Positions 1-12,429 of a stretch of 64,000 nt of DNA are shown one piece after another. Made by a program: the position numbers and the translations under genes. Location: NCBI RefSeq assembly GCF_036365525.1, contig NC_090372.1, positions 33,289,437-33,353,436 on the forward strand. The letters run 5' to 3'. Origin of the DNA: Heterodontus francisci (taxonomy: Eukaryota). The stretch's first letter is position 1; each line of letters opens with the position of its first letter. The notes beneath the pieces are model-generated. The model was not told the origin of the DNA. It did no database searches and worked only from the letters and a program-made list of their open reading frames with translations.

Positions 1-1314
1 CTCTAAAACCTTTCCTTCATCGTCCAGCTGGATGAGACTGCACTCGCCTGGTTCCACTCTTAGCTATCCTGTCTAGGCAGAGAATCACCTGCAATGACTT
101 CTCCTCCCATGAAAGTGCTTCTATTTTTAAAATATTTTTTGAGGATGTGTGTTTTAGAATTATAGAGATGGATTCATTGGAAGACTGAAGTGATTCCATA
201 GATGCTGGACTTTTTTTTCAAAGTGTCATTGGAAGAACTCTATTTAAAAACAACATTTACTGAATGTCACATGTCGTCAGCTAAGTAAACAACAGTTACT
301 TTCTGACTATGGGAGTTATTTATTTATTTTATTTAGAGATACAGCACTGAAACAGGCCTTTCGGCCCACCGAGTCTGTGCCGACCATTAACCACCCATTT
401 ATACTAATCCTACACTAATCCCATATTCCTACCACATCCTCACCTGTCCCTATATTCCCCTACCACCTACCTATACTAGGGGCAATTTATAATGGCCAAT
501 TTACCGATCAACCTGCAAGTCTTTTGGCTGTGGGAGGAAACCGGAGCACCCGGAGGAAACCCACGCAGACACAGGGAGAACTTGCAGACTCCACACAGGC
601 AGTACCCAGAATTGAACCCGGGTTGCTGGAGCTGTGAGGCTGCGGTGCTAACCACTGCGCCACTGTGCCGCCCAAGAGAAGTGACATGTCAAGATTTATG
701 GTGCTCAAGAGTAGGTTTCATTTTTGAAAACTGTTTTGAGTCAGTTAGGTTTGTAGCCTGCTGAAAGAAACACCCAGCTCATCTTTTCTCCACCTCTCTG
801 AGAAACCTGCAAAAAAATTCAACGTGTGATAGCTGTGATGCCTGATGCTGCATTTCTCCTAAGAAGTTTTTGGATCACTTCCTCTCGACATCTCCTGAAC
901 GAACTGCTTCTGAAAATATCCCCTTGACCCATCTATGTGTACCTGGGCCCTAAACTGTATGCCATCTGGAACATAACATATCTTATCCTTTTTCTTCAAG
1001 AATTAACAAGTAGCCAAAGCATCTTTATTCTTCCTTTAACTGTTATGTGTGTCTGTGTGTATGTGTTGGGTATTTAGAAGGGAATGTATATATTTACTGT
1101 CATATCTCAAACTGTGTGTTCAAACTGTTTTATAATAAATTAATACTTTTGTTGTTTATTAAAGAAACCTGGTTGGTAGATTGTAATCTGAAACTAAAAT
1201 AGAGTATATAATTGGCCACATCAGTAAATGGGTACACATTTAAATATATGTTGTGACCTGTGGAGAAATGGAACTATTGAAAGACAGTGCACTCCTCCTG
1301 CCTTGGTTGTAACA
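1..1314 (+). mobile_element. Probable LTR (3' part), interrupted by a SINE
   Basis: Ends in TGTAACA (1308-1314), a typical LTR terminus; AATAAA at 1134; non-coding. The 5' end lies outside the window, so no TSD check is possible. Confidence 0.4.
316..673 (-). mobile_element. tRNA-derived SINE (HE1/V-SINE-like)
   Basis: Minus strand starts GGGCGGCACAGTGGCGCAGTGG (A box) and has GGTTCAATTC (B box), a V-domain-like core GTGGGTTTCCTCCGGGTGCTCCGGTTTCCTCCCAC and an (AAAT)n tail. Near-identical copies at 11232-11420 (tail) and 60293-60740. Confidence 0.85.
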
Positions 1315-2795
1315 CCACTCCCGCATGAATTTTTCACTCGATTTTAAATATTGAAATGACTGCCAAAGTACTAGGACGGACTTTCATTGATAATAGAGAG
1401 AAGAGCATAATCCATCTGAAAAGTATTAGACAGATACACAAGGACAATGGACTGAATAGTCTCCTTCCGTGTGATAGGATTCTATACAGGTTGAGATTTC
1501 TCTCATTGCAACTCCTGAGTGTGTTTCGAAGTACAATTGGAGTCATGCCTCACTAGGGATAAGGGACTTGGCTTTATTCCTGTTGGCATTTTAAAAAACT
1601 TAGGAGATGGGTCAGCAATTTTACAGACCTTCATCTGAATTATTTATGCTGTCACTTCAATGGTAACTGATTAGGTTCAGCCTTTATGCCAACATTTTAC
1701 CTGGCAGTCATTCTTGCCTCTTAGTAATAGTTACTTGAAAATTAATAAGGGAGTCCAGACCAAATCTCCATTGAGAATAAAATAAATTAACTTAGCTTCC
1801 TCAGACAGTTTTCTATGTTGCATTGCAATAACAAGGTACAAGTGAGCAAACTGCAAAGACAGCTGTCTCCCTGATTTGAACTCATTGGTTGCCAGGAGCT
1901 CTTTAAAGATGTACAAAATTGTACTGAGTTACCAGTATCAAGAACAGCAATCCAGTTAGTTCCACTCCCTGGATCTTTCTCCATAATCCTGCAATTTTTC
2001 TCCTTCAGTATCTATCCAATTCCCTTTTGAAGGCTACTATTGAGTCTGTATCCACCACCCTATCGGCAGTGCATCCCAAATACCAACCACTCATTGTGTA
2101 AAGAAGTTTTTTCCTCATGTTACCTCTGGTTCTTTTGCCAACAACCTTAAATCTGTGCGCTTTGGTTATTAACCCTTCAGCTATTGGAAAGTTTATCTTT
2201 ATTAACTCTATCCAAACCCATCATGATTTGAAACACATTTATCAAATATTGTCTTAACCTTTTATGTTCTAAGGAGAACAAACCCAGTTTCTCCAGGTAA
2301 CTGTAATCCCACATCCCTGGAACCATTCCAGAAAACCTCTCCTATACTCTCTCCTAAAGTGTGGTGCCCAGAATTGTACACAATGTTCCAGCTGGGCTTG
2401 AACTAATGTTTTATATAGGTTTAGCATAACTTACTGGCTTTTATATTCTATGCCTCTACTTATAAAACCAAGGATTCCAAATGCTTTGTTAACTGCTTCA
2501 CTAACCTGTCCTGCCACCTTCAGAGATTTGTGCACAAACCACTCCCAGGTCTCTATTCTCACACCCGCTTTAAAATTGTACGATTTAACTTGTATTGTCT
2601 CTCCTCATTCGTCCTACTAAAATGTAGCTTGTCAAACTTTTATGCATTGAATTTCATCTGCCATGTGCCTGCCCATGTCATCAGCCTGTCTACGTCCTCT
2701 TGAAGTCTATTACTATCTTCCTTACTGTTTACTACACTTCCAAGTTTTGTGCCATCTGCAAATTTTGAACTTGTGTCCTATACCCCCAAATCCAA

Positions 2796-3475
2796 GGGCT
2801 GGATTTTACGTCAGGCGGATGGGACCTGGCCACCGACGTAAAAGTCGATGGCGAACCCGCTACTGCCTGGCCCGGGGATCCGACCGACATTTTATGGGTC
2901 CCCAAGCTTTAATTGTTCCGAGGTGGAACTTCCACCCGCTTGAGAGAGGAAGTCCCGCCTCATTGAGCTGCTGGCCAATCATTGGGCCGGCTGCTCTTAG
3001 TCCCAGCAGAATCACCGGGAGCGGTGGCCACTGCTGGGACTGCATCCCAGCCGAGGAGCCAGGAATACAGGTAAGTTAGGGTTGCGTTGCCGGGCTAATC
3101 GGTCGCACCCCAGCGAGGCAAGGATGGTCGTTTGGGAGGAAGAGGGAGGCATCTCGGGTCCTGGGGGTGGTTGGGGAAGCGGGGGTGGCCCTCAACCAGG
3201 CACCCTGTGCCCGTCTGTCCGGGCCGCAACCCCCAGCCCCACCCCCCCATCCCCGAGAGGCCACCAGGTTTCATTGGGCGGCCTTTCACCTCTCCCAGAC
3301 GCCCGCTTGCCACAGGTAAAATCCCTGGTAAGTGTCCGTTAAGTGACCACTTAAGGGCCTTGATTGGCCTGGGGTGGGTGGCCCATTTCTCACTGCCCCC
3401 CCCCCCCCGCCCTGGGCCATGTAAGGTGGGGCGGAGGCAGGAGCGGGTCATTGGGGTGGCGTAAAATTCTGGCCC
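2796..3475. mobile_element. Non-autonomous PIF/Harbinger-like MITE
   Basis: Imperfect TIRs GGGCTGGATTTTACG / CGTAAAATTCTGGCCC; 3-bp duplication (CAA or AAG) of host sequence; GC-rich interior. Confidence 0.7.
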
Positions 3476-3541
3476 AAGTCATTAATGTACATCAAAAATA
3501 GCAGTGGTCCTAATACTTTAACCTGCGGAACACCACTCTTT

Positions 3542-3901
3542 TAAAGGCTTGCTCGAGTCTGCAAATGAGACCCCACCCAAGTCAACAGAACCCCATCCGA
3601 CCCCAAGCCTGACCCGGCTCGAGTCCTTCCATTTTTTCCCACACCTGACCCGACCATCAGTTAACCTACCTTCCGTTTTTCACTTTGTTCCTTACCTGCA
3701 CAAGCTTAAAATAACTGTAACAAAACCACCTTTAAAGTCCAAAAAATTAACATTAGAGTCACTTACCTGAGGTCGTGATAGAGCGTGTCTGATTCGGCCT
3801 GACCTGACCCGAGCCCGAATGCCAGACCCAGATGTGCAACCCGACCCGAACCCGACACATCATCAGGTCCCATTGAGTTCGGGTTGGGTAGCAGGCCTGT
3901 G
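3542..3901. mobile_element. hAT-like MITE with subterminal CCCGA repeats
   Basis: Termini TAAAGGCTTGCT / AGCAGGCCTGTG; 8-bp TSD CACTCTTT / CACTCTAT; many (A)CCCGA motifs; related copy at 49943-50363. Confidence 0.7.
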
Positions 3902-5403
3902 CACTCTATCCCTTCCTCCAGTCTGAAAAACAGCCATTCACCACAGCTCTTTTTTCTATCCCTTAGCTAATTTTGTATCCATGCTGCTCCTGCCCCTTTT
4001 ATCGCATGGGCTTCAATTTTGCTTCCAAGCTGAATATGTGGTACTTTATAAAACGCCTTTTGAAAGTCCATATGCACATCAATTGCACTGCCCTCATCCA
4101 CCTTTTATGGTATCAAAAAACTCTATCAAGTTAGTCAAACACGATTTGCCCTTAACTTTAACTCATCACATGGTTTCAGGTGGGGTAAGGAGGGTATATA
4201 TTGCAGACCATTTGTTTTTTTCCTGTCTGTATGTTCATACTTGAGCACACAATTTAGATTGACTCCAGTGCAGTACTGAGGGAATGCTGCACTGTCAGAG
4301 GTGCTATCTTAATAGAGCTCTAAATATTGATGTCCAACAGGGGTACTTGCCTCTGATGAATGTGGCCCCATAATTAAGGTTAGGTGGGATATCTTAGGCT
4401 TGGCTGCAGCCCACCTAGCAGAAGGTACTCCAAAGATTAACTGTGAGGAAAACAAAAGGGAACCAATTCAGTTACTCCTCCCTAGTAAGTAGCTCAAGAA
4501 TCTTGTGTGTGAGACATGAATTAGAACACCATGGACAGACTATATATGTTGGCATACTTCGGGAGAGCTGGCTCTTGGTATCCATGAAACCAATGTCTCG
4601 GATATATATACCTGATATATGTAATATGTATATATAGGTGAATTGTTCCTTTGAGTGTCAGCTAATAAACATCAGTTCTATATGAACAACTGATGATTGA
4701 TATCAATCTTAGGTGTAGATAAGATGAGGTAGATAGGAACATCAAATATTAGGCAAATGCATGAAAAGTTCAGGGTGATGTCAAGGAATACTTCTTCACA
4801 CGAAGGGTAGCGGAAATCTGGAACCTTTTCCCCCAAAAAGTTCGAGACTAGGGTCAATTGACAACTTCAAACTAAGATCAATAGATCTTTGTCAGGAAAT
4901 GGTATTAACAGTTACAGAACCAAGGTGGGTGAATTGAGGAAGATACAGATCAGCCATGATATAATTGAATGGCAGAGCAGGCTCGAAGGGCTAAATGCCC
5001 TACTGTTGTTCCAATGTTGCTAAGGAGAAGAAGGAGCATGAGCTGCAAATATGGCCAACCAGGCAGCGGCGACAGGGAGAGCGAGGTGGCAGCTGGGTAA
5101 GTGAGTTTACAACTTATATAAACTTACCTTTTTGTTTTGGCGGTTTCTTTTTGCAGCGGCGACAGGGAGAGCGAGGTGGCAGCTGGGTAAGTAAGTCCTA
5201 TATATTTGGGCAGCGACTGAACCCAAGACACTACATTTGTAGTGTCTCCCACCCACCCTCCTCCTCTAACCAAAAAAAAGGACTCGGTGGTGTGCAGATA
5301 AGGTAAGGCTTTTTCTATTTATTTTTTTTCGTGTGATTGGTAAAAACTTTTCGTTCCTTTTTCATTTATCTAAGTTAAGACTAAGTTAAGCTTAAGATTA
5401 AAA

Positions 5404-6351
5404 ATGGCAGGAGATCTCAGACCCGTGTTATGCTCCTCTTGCTCAATGTGGGAGCTCAGGGACACGGCTGATGTCCCTGACTCCTTCACGTGCTGGAAGT
5501 GTGTCCAGCTGCAGCTCTTGTTAGACCGCATGACGGCTCTGGAGCTGCGGATGGACTCACTTTGGAGCATCCGCGATGCTGAGGAGGTCGTGGATAGCAC
5601 GTTTAGTGAATTGGTCACACCGCAGATTAGGATTGCTGAGGGAGAAAGGGAATGGGTGACCAAAAGGCAGAGAAAGAGCAGGAAGGCAGTGCAGGTGTCC
5701 CCTGCGGTCATCTCCCTCCAAAACAGGTATACCGTTTTGGATACTGTTGAGGGAGATGGCTCACCAGGGGAAGGCAGCAGTAGCCAGGTTCATGGCACCA
5801 TGGCTGGCTCTGCTGTTCGGAAGGGCGGGAAAAAGAGCGGAAGGGCTATAGTCATAGGGGATTCGATTGTAAGGGGAGTAGATAGGCGGTTCTGTGGTCG
5901 AGAACGAGACTCCTGAATGGTATGTTGCCTCCCAGGTGCACGGGTCAGGGATGTCTCAGATCGGCTGCAGAACATTCTGAAGGGGGAGGGTGAACAGCCA
6001 GTTGTCGTTGTGCACATAGGCACCGATGATATAGGTAAAAAACGCGATGAGGTCCTACAAGCAGAATTTAGGAAGTTAGGAGCCAAGTTAAAAAGTAGGA
6101 CCTCAGAAGTAGTAACCTCAGGATTGCTACCAGTGCCACATGATAGTCAGAGTAGAAATGAAAGAATAGTTAGGATGAATGCGTGGCTTGAGAGATGGTG
6201 CAGGAGGGAGGGGTTCAGATTTTTGGGACATTGGGACCAGTTCTGGGGGAGGTAGGACTATTACAAATTGGACGGTCTACACCTGGGCCGGACTGGAATC
6301 AATGTCCTTGGGGGTGCGTTTGCTAACGCTGTTGGGGAGGGTTTAAACTAA
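5404..6351 (+). pseudogene. CR1 ORF1: zinc finger/leucine zipper plus SGNH esterase; 2 premature stops
   Basis: CxxC...CxxC followed by a leucine-rich heptad; IVIGDSIVRG, VHIGTDD and DGLH motifs; in-frame stops TGA 5914 and TAG 6253; natural stop TAA 6349-6351. Confidence 0.88.
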
Positions 6352-9311
6352 TGTGGCAGGGGGATGGGAACCAAATGAGGAGGTCAGTGGACAGTAAGGA
6401 GGTAGTAACTAAAGCCTGTAAGGAACTAGATAATGAAGTCAGCGTGACTAAGGGAAAGAGTAGACAGGGAGCAGATGATGAACGCAAAGGGACTGGTGGT
6501 CTGAGGTGCATTTGTTTTAATGCAAGAAGTGTAGTAGGTAAGGCAGATGAACTTAGGGCTTGGATTAGTACCTGGGAGTATGATGTTATTGCTATTACTG
6601 AGACTTGGTTGAGGGAAGGGCATGATTGGCAACTAAATACCCCAGGATATCGATGCTTCAGGCGGGATAGAGAGGGAGGTAAAAGGGGTGGAGGAGTTGC
6701 ATTACTGGTCAAAGAGGATATCACAGCTCTGCTGAAGGAGGGCACTATGGAGGACTCGAGCAGTGAGGCAATATGGGCAGAACTCAGAAATAGGAAGGGT
6801 GCGGTAACTATGTTGGGGCTGTACTACAGGCCTCCCAACAGCGAGCGTGAAATAGAGGTACAAATATGTAAACAGATTATGGAAAGATGTAGGAGCAACA
6901 GGGTGATGGTGATAAGAGATTTTAATTTTCTCAACATTGACTGGGATTCACTTAGTGTTAGAGGTCTAGATGGAGCAGAATTTGTAAGGAGCATCCAGGA
7001 GGGTTTTCTAGAGCAGTTTGTAAATTGTCCAACTCGGGAAGGGGCCATACTGGACCTGGTGTTGGGGAATGAGCCCGGCCAGGTGGTTGAAGTTTCAGTA
7101 GGGGACTACTTTGGGAATAGTGATCACAATTCCGTAAGTTTTAGAATACTCATGGACAAAGACGAGAGTGGTCCTAAAGGAAGAGTGCTAAATTGGGGGA
7201 AGGCCAACTATACCAAAATTCGGCAGGAGCTGGGGAATGTAGATTGGGAGCAGCTGTTTGAAGGTAAATCCACATTTGATATGTGGGAGGCTTTTAAATA
7301 GAGGTTGATTAGCGTGCAGAAGAGACATGTTCCTGTAAAAATGAGGGATAGAAATGGCAAGATTAGGGAACCATGGATGACAGGTGAAATTGTGAGACTA
7401 GCTAAGAGGAAAAAGGAAGCATACATAAGGTCTAGGAGGCTGAAGAAAGACGAAGCTTTGAAAGAATATCGGGAATGTAGGACCAATCTGAAATGAGGAA
7501 TTAAGAGGGCTAAAAGGGGTCATGAAATATCTTTAGCAAACAGGGTTAAGGAAAATCCCAAAGCCTTTTAATAATATATAAGGAGCAAGAGGGTAACTAG
7601 AGAAAGGATTGGCCCACTCAAGGATAAAGGAGGAAAGTTATGCGTGGAGTCAGAGAAAATGGGTGAGATTCTAAACGAGTACTTTGCATCGGTATTCACC
7701 GAGGAGAGGGACATGATGGATGTTGAGGTTAGGGACAGATGTTTGATTACTCTAGGTCAAGTCGGCATAAGGAGGGAGGAAGTGTTGGGTATTCTAAAAG
7801 GCATTAAGGTGGACAAGTCCCCAGGTCCGGATGGGATCTATCCCAGGTTCCAGAGGGAAGCGAGAGAGGAAATAGCTGGGGCCTTAACAGATATCTTTGC
7901 AGCATCCTTAAACACGGGTGAGGTCCCAGAGGACTGGAGAATTGCTAATGTTGTCCCCTTGTTTAAGAAGGGTAGCAGGGATAATCCAGGTAATTATAGA
8001 CCGGTGAGCCTGACGTCAGTGGTAGGGAAGCTGCTGGAGAAGATACTGAGGGATAGGATCTATTCCCATTTGGAAGAAAATGGGCTTATCAGTGATAGGC
8101 AACATGGTTTTGTGCAGGGAAGGTCATGTCTTACCAACTTAATAGAATTCTTTGAGGAAGTGACAAAGTTGATTGATGAGGGAAGGGCTGTAGATGTCAT
8201 ATACATGGACTTCAGTAAGGCGTTTGATAAAGTTCCCCATGGTAGGCTGATGGAGAAAGTGAAGTCGCATGGGGTCCAGGGTGTACTAGCTAGATGGATA
8301 AAGAACTGGCTGGGCAACAGGAGACAGAGAGTAGCAGTGGAAGGGAGTTTCTCAAAATGGAGATGTGTGACCAGTGGTGTTCCACAGGGATCCGTGCTGG
8401 GACCACTGTTGTTTGTGATATACATAAATGATTTGGAGGAAAGTATAGGTGGTCTGATTAGCAAGTTTGCAGACGACACTAAGATTGGTGGAGTAGCAGA
8501 TAGTGAAGGGGACTGTCAGATAAAACAGCAGAATATAGATAGATTGGAGAGTTGGGCAGAGAAATGGCAGATGGAGTTCAATCAGGGCAAATGCGAGGTG
8601 ATGCATTTTGGAAGATCCAATTCAAGAGTGAACTATACAGTAAATGGAAAAGTCCTGGGGAAAATTGATGCACAGAGAGATTTGGGTGTTCAGGTCCATT
8701 GTTCCCTGAAGGTGGCAACGCAGGTCAATAGAGTGGTCAAGAAGGCATACGGCATGCTTTCCTTCATCGGACGGGGTATTGAGTACAAGGGTTGGCAGGT
8801 CATGTTACAGTTGTATAAGACTTTGGTTCGGCCACATTTGGAATACTGCGTGCAGTTCTGGTCGCCACATAACCAAAAGGATGTAGATGCTTTGGAGAGG
8901 GTGCAGAGGAGGTTCATCAGGATGTTGCCTGGTATGGAGGGCGCTAGCTATGAAGAGAGGTTGAGTAGATTAGGATTATTTTCATTAGAAAGACGGAGGT
9001 TGAGGGGGGACCTGATTGAGGTGTACAAAATCATGAGAGGTATAGACAGGGTGGATAGCAAGAAGCTTTTTCCCAGAGTGGGGGATTCAATTACTAGGAG
9101 TCACGAGTTCAAAGTGAGCGGGGAAAAGTTTAGAGGGGATATGCGTGGAAAGTTCTTTACGCAGAGGGTGGTGGGTGCCTGGAACGCGTTGCCAGCGGAG
9201 GTGGTAGACGCGGGCACGATAGCGTCTTTTAAGATGTATCCAGACAGATACATGAATGGGCAGGAAGCAAAGAGATACAGACCCTTAGAAAATAGCGACA
9301 TGTTTAGATAG
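6351..9311 (+). pseudogene. CR1 ORF2: APE endonuclease plus reverse transcriptase; in-frame stops
   Basis: NARS, ITETW, YRPP, DFN and SDH endonuclease motifs; NYRPVSLTS, DFSKAFD, GVPQGSVLGP and FADD RT motifs; stops at 7299, 7494 and 7569-7574, all in one frame. Confidence 0.93.
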
Positions 9312-11066
9312 AGGATCTGGATCGGCGCAGGCTTGGAGGGCCGAAGGGCCTGTTCCTGTGCTGTAATTTTCTTTGTTCTCTTTGTTCAGTAGAGAATGAA
9401 GGAATGTGGGAAATAAATTCCACTCAGATTTCCCTTCCCCTTTAAGAAAATGACTGCTAACCCACCATCTTGTAAAAGAATGACAGCCTATCTATATCTA
9501 TTTGATGTTGTAGAGGTCAGATTGACAAGGAGTAGTCCATGAATGACACTGGTCTGTACTACAGACAACCAGTAAAACAATTGCTCTGGTTAAGTAGAGG
9601 TAAAATTCAATCCATTTATTCAAGTGAAGCCGTTTCAAATTGATTTTGTCTACAACATTCTGAAATTTTGTCTGTGATGGGGACAGATATATTTTTTCTA
9701 GCAGTCTGATTTCATCCTGTTTTCTTATTTTGAAAAATAGTTAAAAAGATTGTTTTAAAGTGTATGTATCTAAACCTTCTACTGCAAATGTTTGTAATGT
9801 ATTACTGCCTGGAGAGGACAGAAAGGAGCAATGGTTGGCTGGCAGTGTGCCTGGCAATTGTCAAGAAAGCTAACAAACAACATTGCAGAAAAAGACCAGG
9901 CAGATAAGGACAGGGTATGTCTGTTGACTAAATATACTGGGTTACTGGTTGACATCAGAGCAAATACTGAATTAAATCAATGGTTCCACACCATTCCAAG
10001 TCAAGCAATATGGAGATCTGTGCATGTCCACTTACGCAAGCTTAAAGAACTCCACTCACTGACACCAAAGCTGAGTAAAATTATTAATGTGAACAAAGAG
10101 CTGACATTCTTTGCTGAAACTAAAAAGCCTGAACATAAAATGTAAGCTATTTGTTGCTAATTCATTAATTTTCAGAGCTTGTAGTCCATATGAAGCCAAA
10201 GTGGCACTAGACTATACCTATGAGATGGCCTCACTTCTGTTAAACTGGATTGCTGCAGTTAAATTGCAGATGCTGCATCAAATGAACACAGAACATGCAG
10301 TATAACTGACTTGTGTATATTTGGTGTCCAAACTGGACATACACTGCAAATGAAAGCCAAAAGCTGTCACTGACCAGCTGCCAACAAGTCCCCTGACCAA
10401 ATTAGGCTATGATCCAAGACAGTGTTGCTTGATTTTAAACTATATTGAAATATGAATAGCCAAAAACTTTGCTTCAAGGACTGAAAGTTGACCTAATTTT
10501 ACTTGAATGTGGTCAATTGGTCGTATGCTGAGTTCTACTTGCAGTTGTGATTACATTACAATCTTGAGGTCATTCACCCTTTTTAATATTTTGCCAATGT
10601 CTATTAGCCTTGAGATTTAGAACACTTCTAATTCAATTTAATATTTAATTTTCTGTGACATTATCCTTTATTGGTACCAAAATATATTCATTCTCATCAC
10701 TGCTAGTCCTTGTAAAACTCAGAAATACTGCAAACAGTCCAAACCTATATTTCATTGGGTGAATCTACAGATTACCAACTCTTGTTATAAAGAGTTTATT
10801 AAAGTTTGTGGTTCTGCGTATTTACATGTAGTCATTTGACCCATTAGTCAGAGAATCACTAACACCAGGTGCAATTGGCTTTTTTTTAACTCTTTCATGG
10901 GATGTGAGCGTCACTGGCAAAGCCAGAATTTGCTGCCCATCCCCAAATGTTCTGTTCTATAGAAAGCTTTGGCAGTCTACAGAATTTAAAGCCAGAAGTT
11001 GCCATACACAACCAACAAAATTTCCTCAAGCTCAGGAACAACGAACTCTTGCGACAGGCTTTAAAC

Positions 11067-12403
11067 CAGGGTTGTCCAACCTTTACGGACGGAGGACCGC
11101 ATTATGATTTTTGCTCAGCCCAGGGGGCTGGTGAGAAAATTTCAAAAGATAAAGGCATTAAAAATTTATCTTACTAATAAAAACAACAACAAATGTGCAT
11201 TTTTGTGAAGAGGCTTTAAATGAGAAGAGCAATTTTTTTTAAGAGATACAGTACTGAAACAGGCCCTTTGGCCCACCAAGTCTGTGCCGACCATCGACCA
11301 CCCATTTATACTAATCCTACATTAATCCCATTACCCTCTCACATCCCCACCTTCCCTCTATTCCCCTACCACCTACCTATACTAGGGGCAATTTATAATG
11401 GCCAATTTACCTATCAACTGACTTACTTTCTTGTCACTATATTGAAAACTGATTTAGTGACATACCTGGCATTGTTTTTGCTTGCATAATAGTCAATCTC
11501 TGCTTGCACACTTAATGTAGCGATGCAGAACATTCTGGATAGATTTCCATCTGTCAGGAGAGACCTTGTTCTCTCCTTGGTCTCTCTCTGCACATGTTTC
11601 TGTCTCTCTTTCCCCCTCTCCCATCCCTAGGACTAGGGAACACAGATTTAAAGTTTTCGGCAAAAGATGCAGGGGGAATATGAGGAAGCACTTTTTTTAC
11701 ACAGCTGGTGGTAATGACCTGGAACACGCTGCCCACAGGGTGGTGGAAGTGGAGACGATCAATGAAGGCAAGAGGAAGTCAGATGGCCACCTGAGAGAAA
11801 TAGACTTGCAGGGATACTGGGATCAAGCCAGGGAGTGGGACTGACTGCATTGTTCCAATGAGAGCCAGTTGGCCTCCTTCTGTGCCTTAATTACTCTCTC
11901 TCCAGCCCCCGCCTGTCTGTCTCTCTCCAACCCCCACCCCCCCATATCCCCCACTCTCCTTTCAGTGTTACCACTGTGTTCCCCACTCCTCACTCAGTGT
12001 TCCTCACACCTGACTCAGTGTTCCCTGCTTACTGTTCCCCACAGCAGCCATTCCCACAACTGGATAATTACCATGCCTGCATTATTTAAGTTGGGGTGAG
12101 TGAAGATGGAAACCTGCCTAGTGTGCAGAATACAGGACATTTACTGAATTGCTCAAAAGCAGCAGGGGTGGCCGATCCCAGGGTGCCTGCGGCGCTTTCC
12201 ACCAATCAGCGCTAGTGCTGCCCGGGCAGCCCCTATGAGTTACAAGGAGTGACCAATCACAGACAGGGGTCCCCCTGCCTGTCAGACACAGGTCCCACCT
12301 ACACCCTCTGCCTGATGTACATGGGAATCGTCAATCAGAGCTGAGCCACAGGCAGATTGGCGGGCCAGATTTTGGCCCGCGGGCTGTATGTTGGACAACC
12401 CTG
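11067..12403. mobile_element. Non-autonomous hAT (Charlie-like) DNA transposon with nested SINE tail and CR1 3' fragment
   Basis: Perfect 14-bp TIR CAGGGTTGTCCAAC (11067-11080) / GTTGGACAACCCTG (12390-12403); 8-bp flanks CTTTAAAC / CATTAAAG (6 of 8 match). Confidence 0.8.
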
Positions 12404-12429
12404 CATTAAAGAGACAATATTTTCTACAG

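Larger units (their letters stand above)
1986..4160 (-). mobile_element. Degenerate CR1 LINE ORF2/3' fragment with two nested MITEs
   Basis: Reverse complement resembles the RT C-terminus of the CR1 at 7644-9311 (KFADGTKL, VQFWAPH). The LINE sequence resumes after each insertion. Confidence 0.75.
5040..9387 (+). mobile_element. Near full-length CR1 LINE (5' UTR, ORF1, ORF2, 3' tail)
   Basis: Both ORFs are colinear without frameshifts; 3' tail CTTTGTTCTCTTTGTTC; 5' boundary approximate. Confidence 0.93.

Noticed and set aside
600-673. tRNA gene
   Set aside because: The A/B boxes belong to a SINE head that continues into a core and LINE-like tail; the same applies at 15743, 28400 and 60700.
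7644-9311. 555-aa ORF as a host gene or novel RT system
   Set aside because: It is the RT part of CR1 ORF2, cut off by upstream premature stops.
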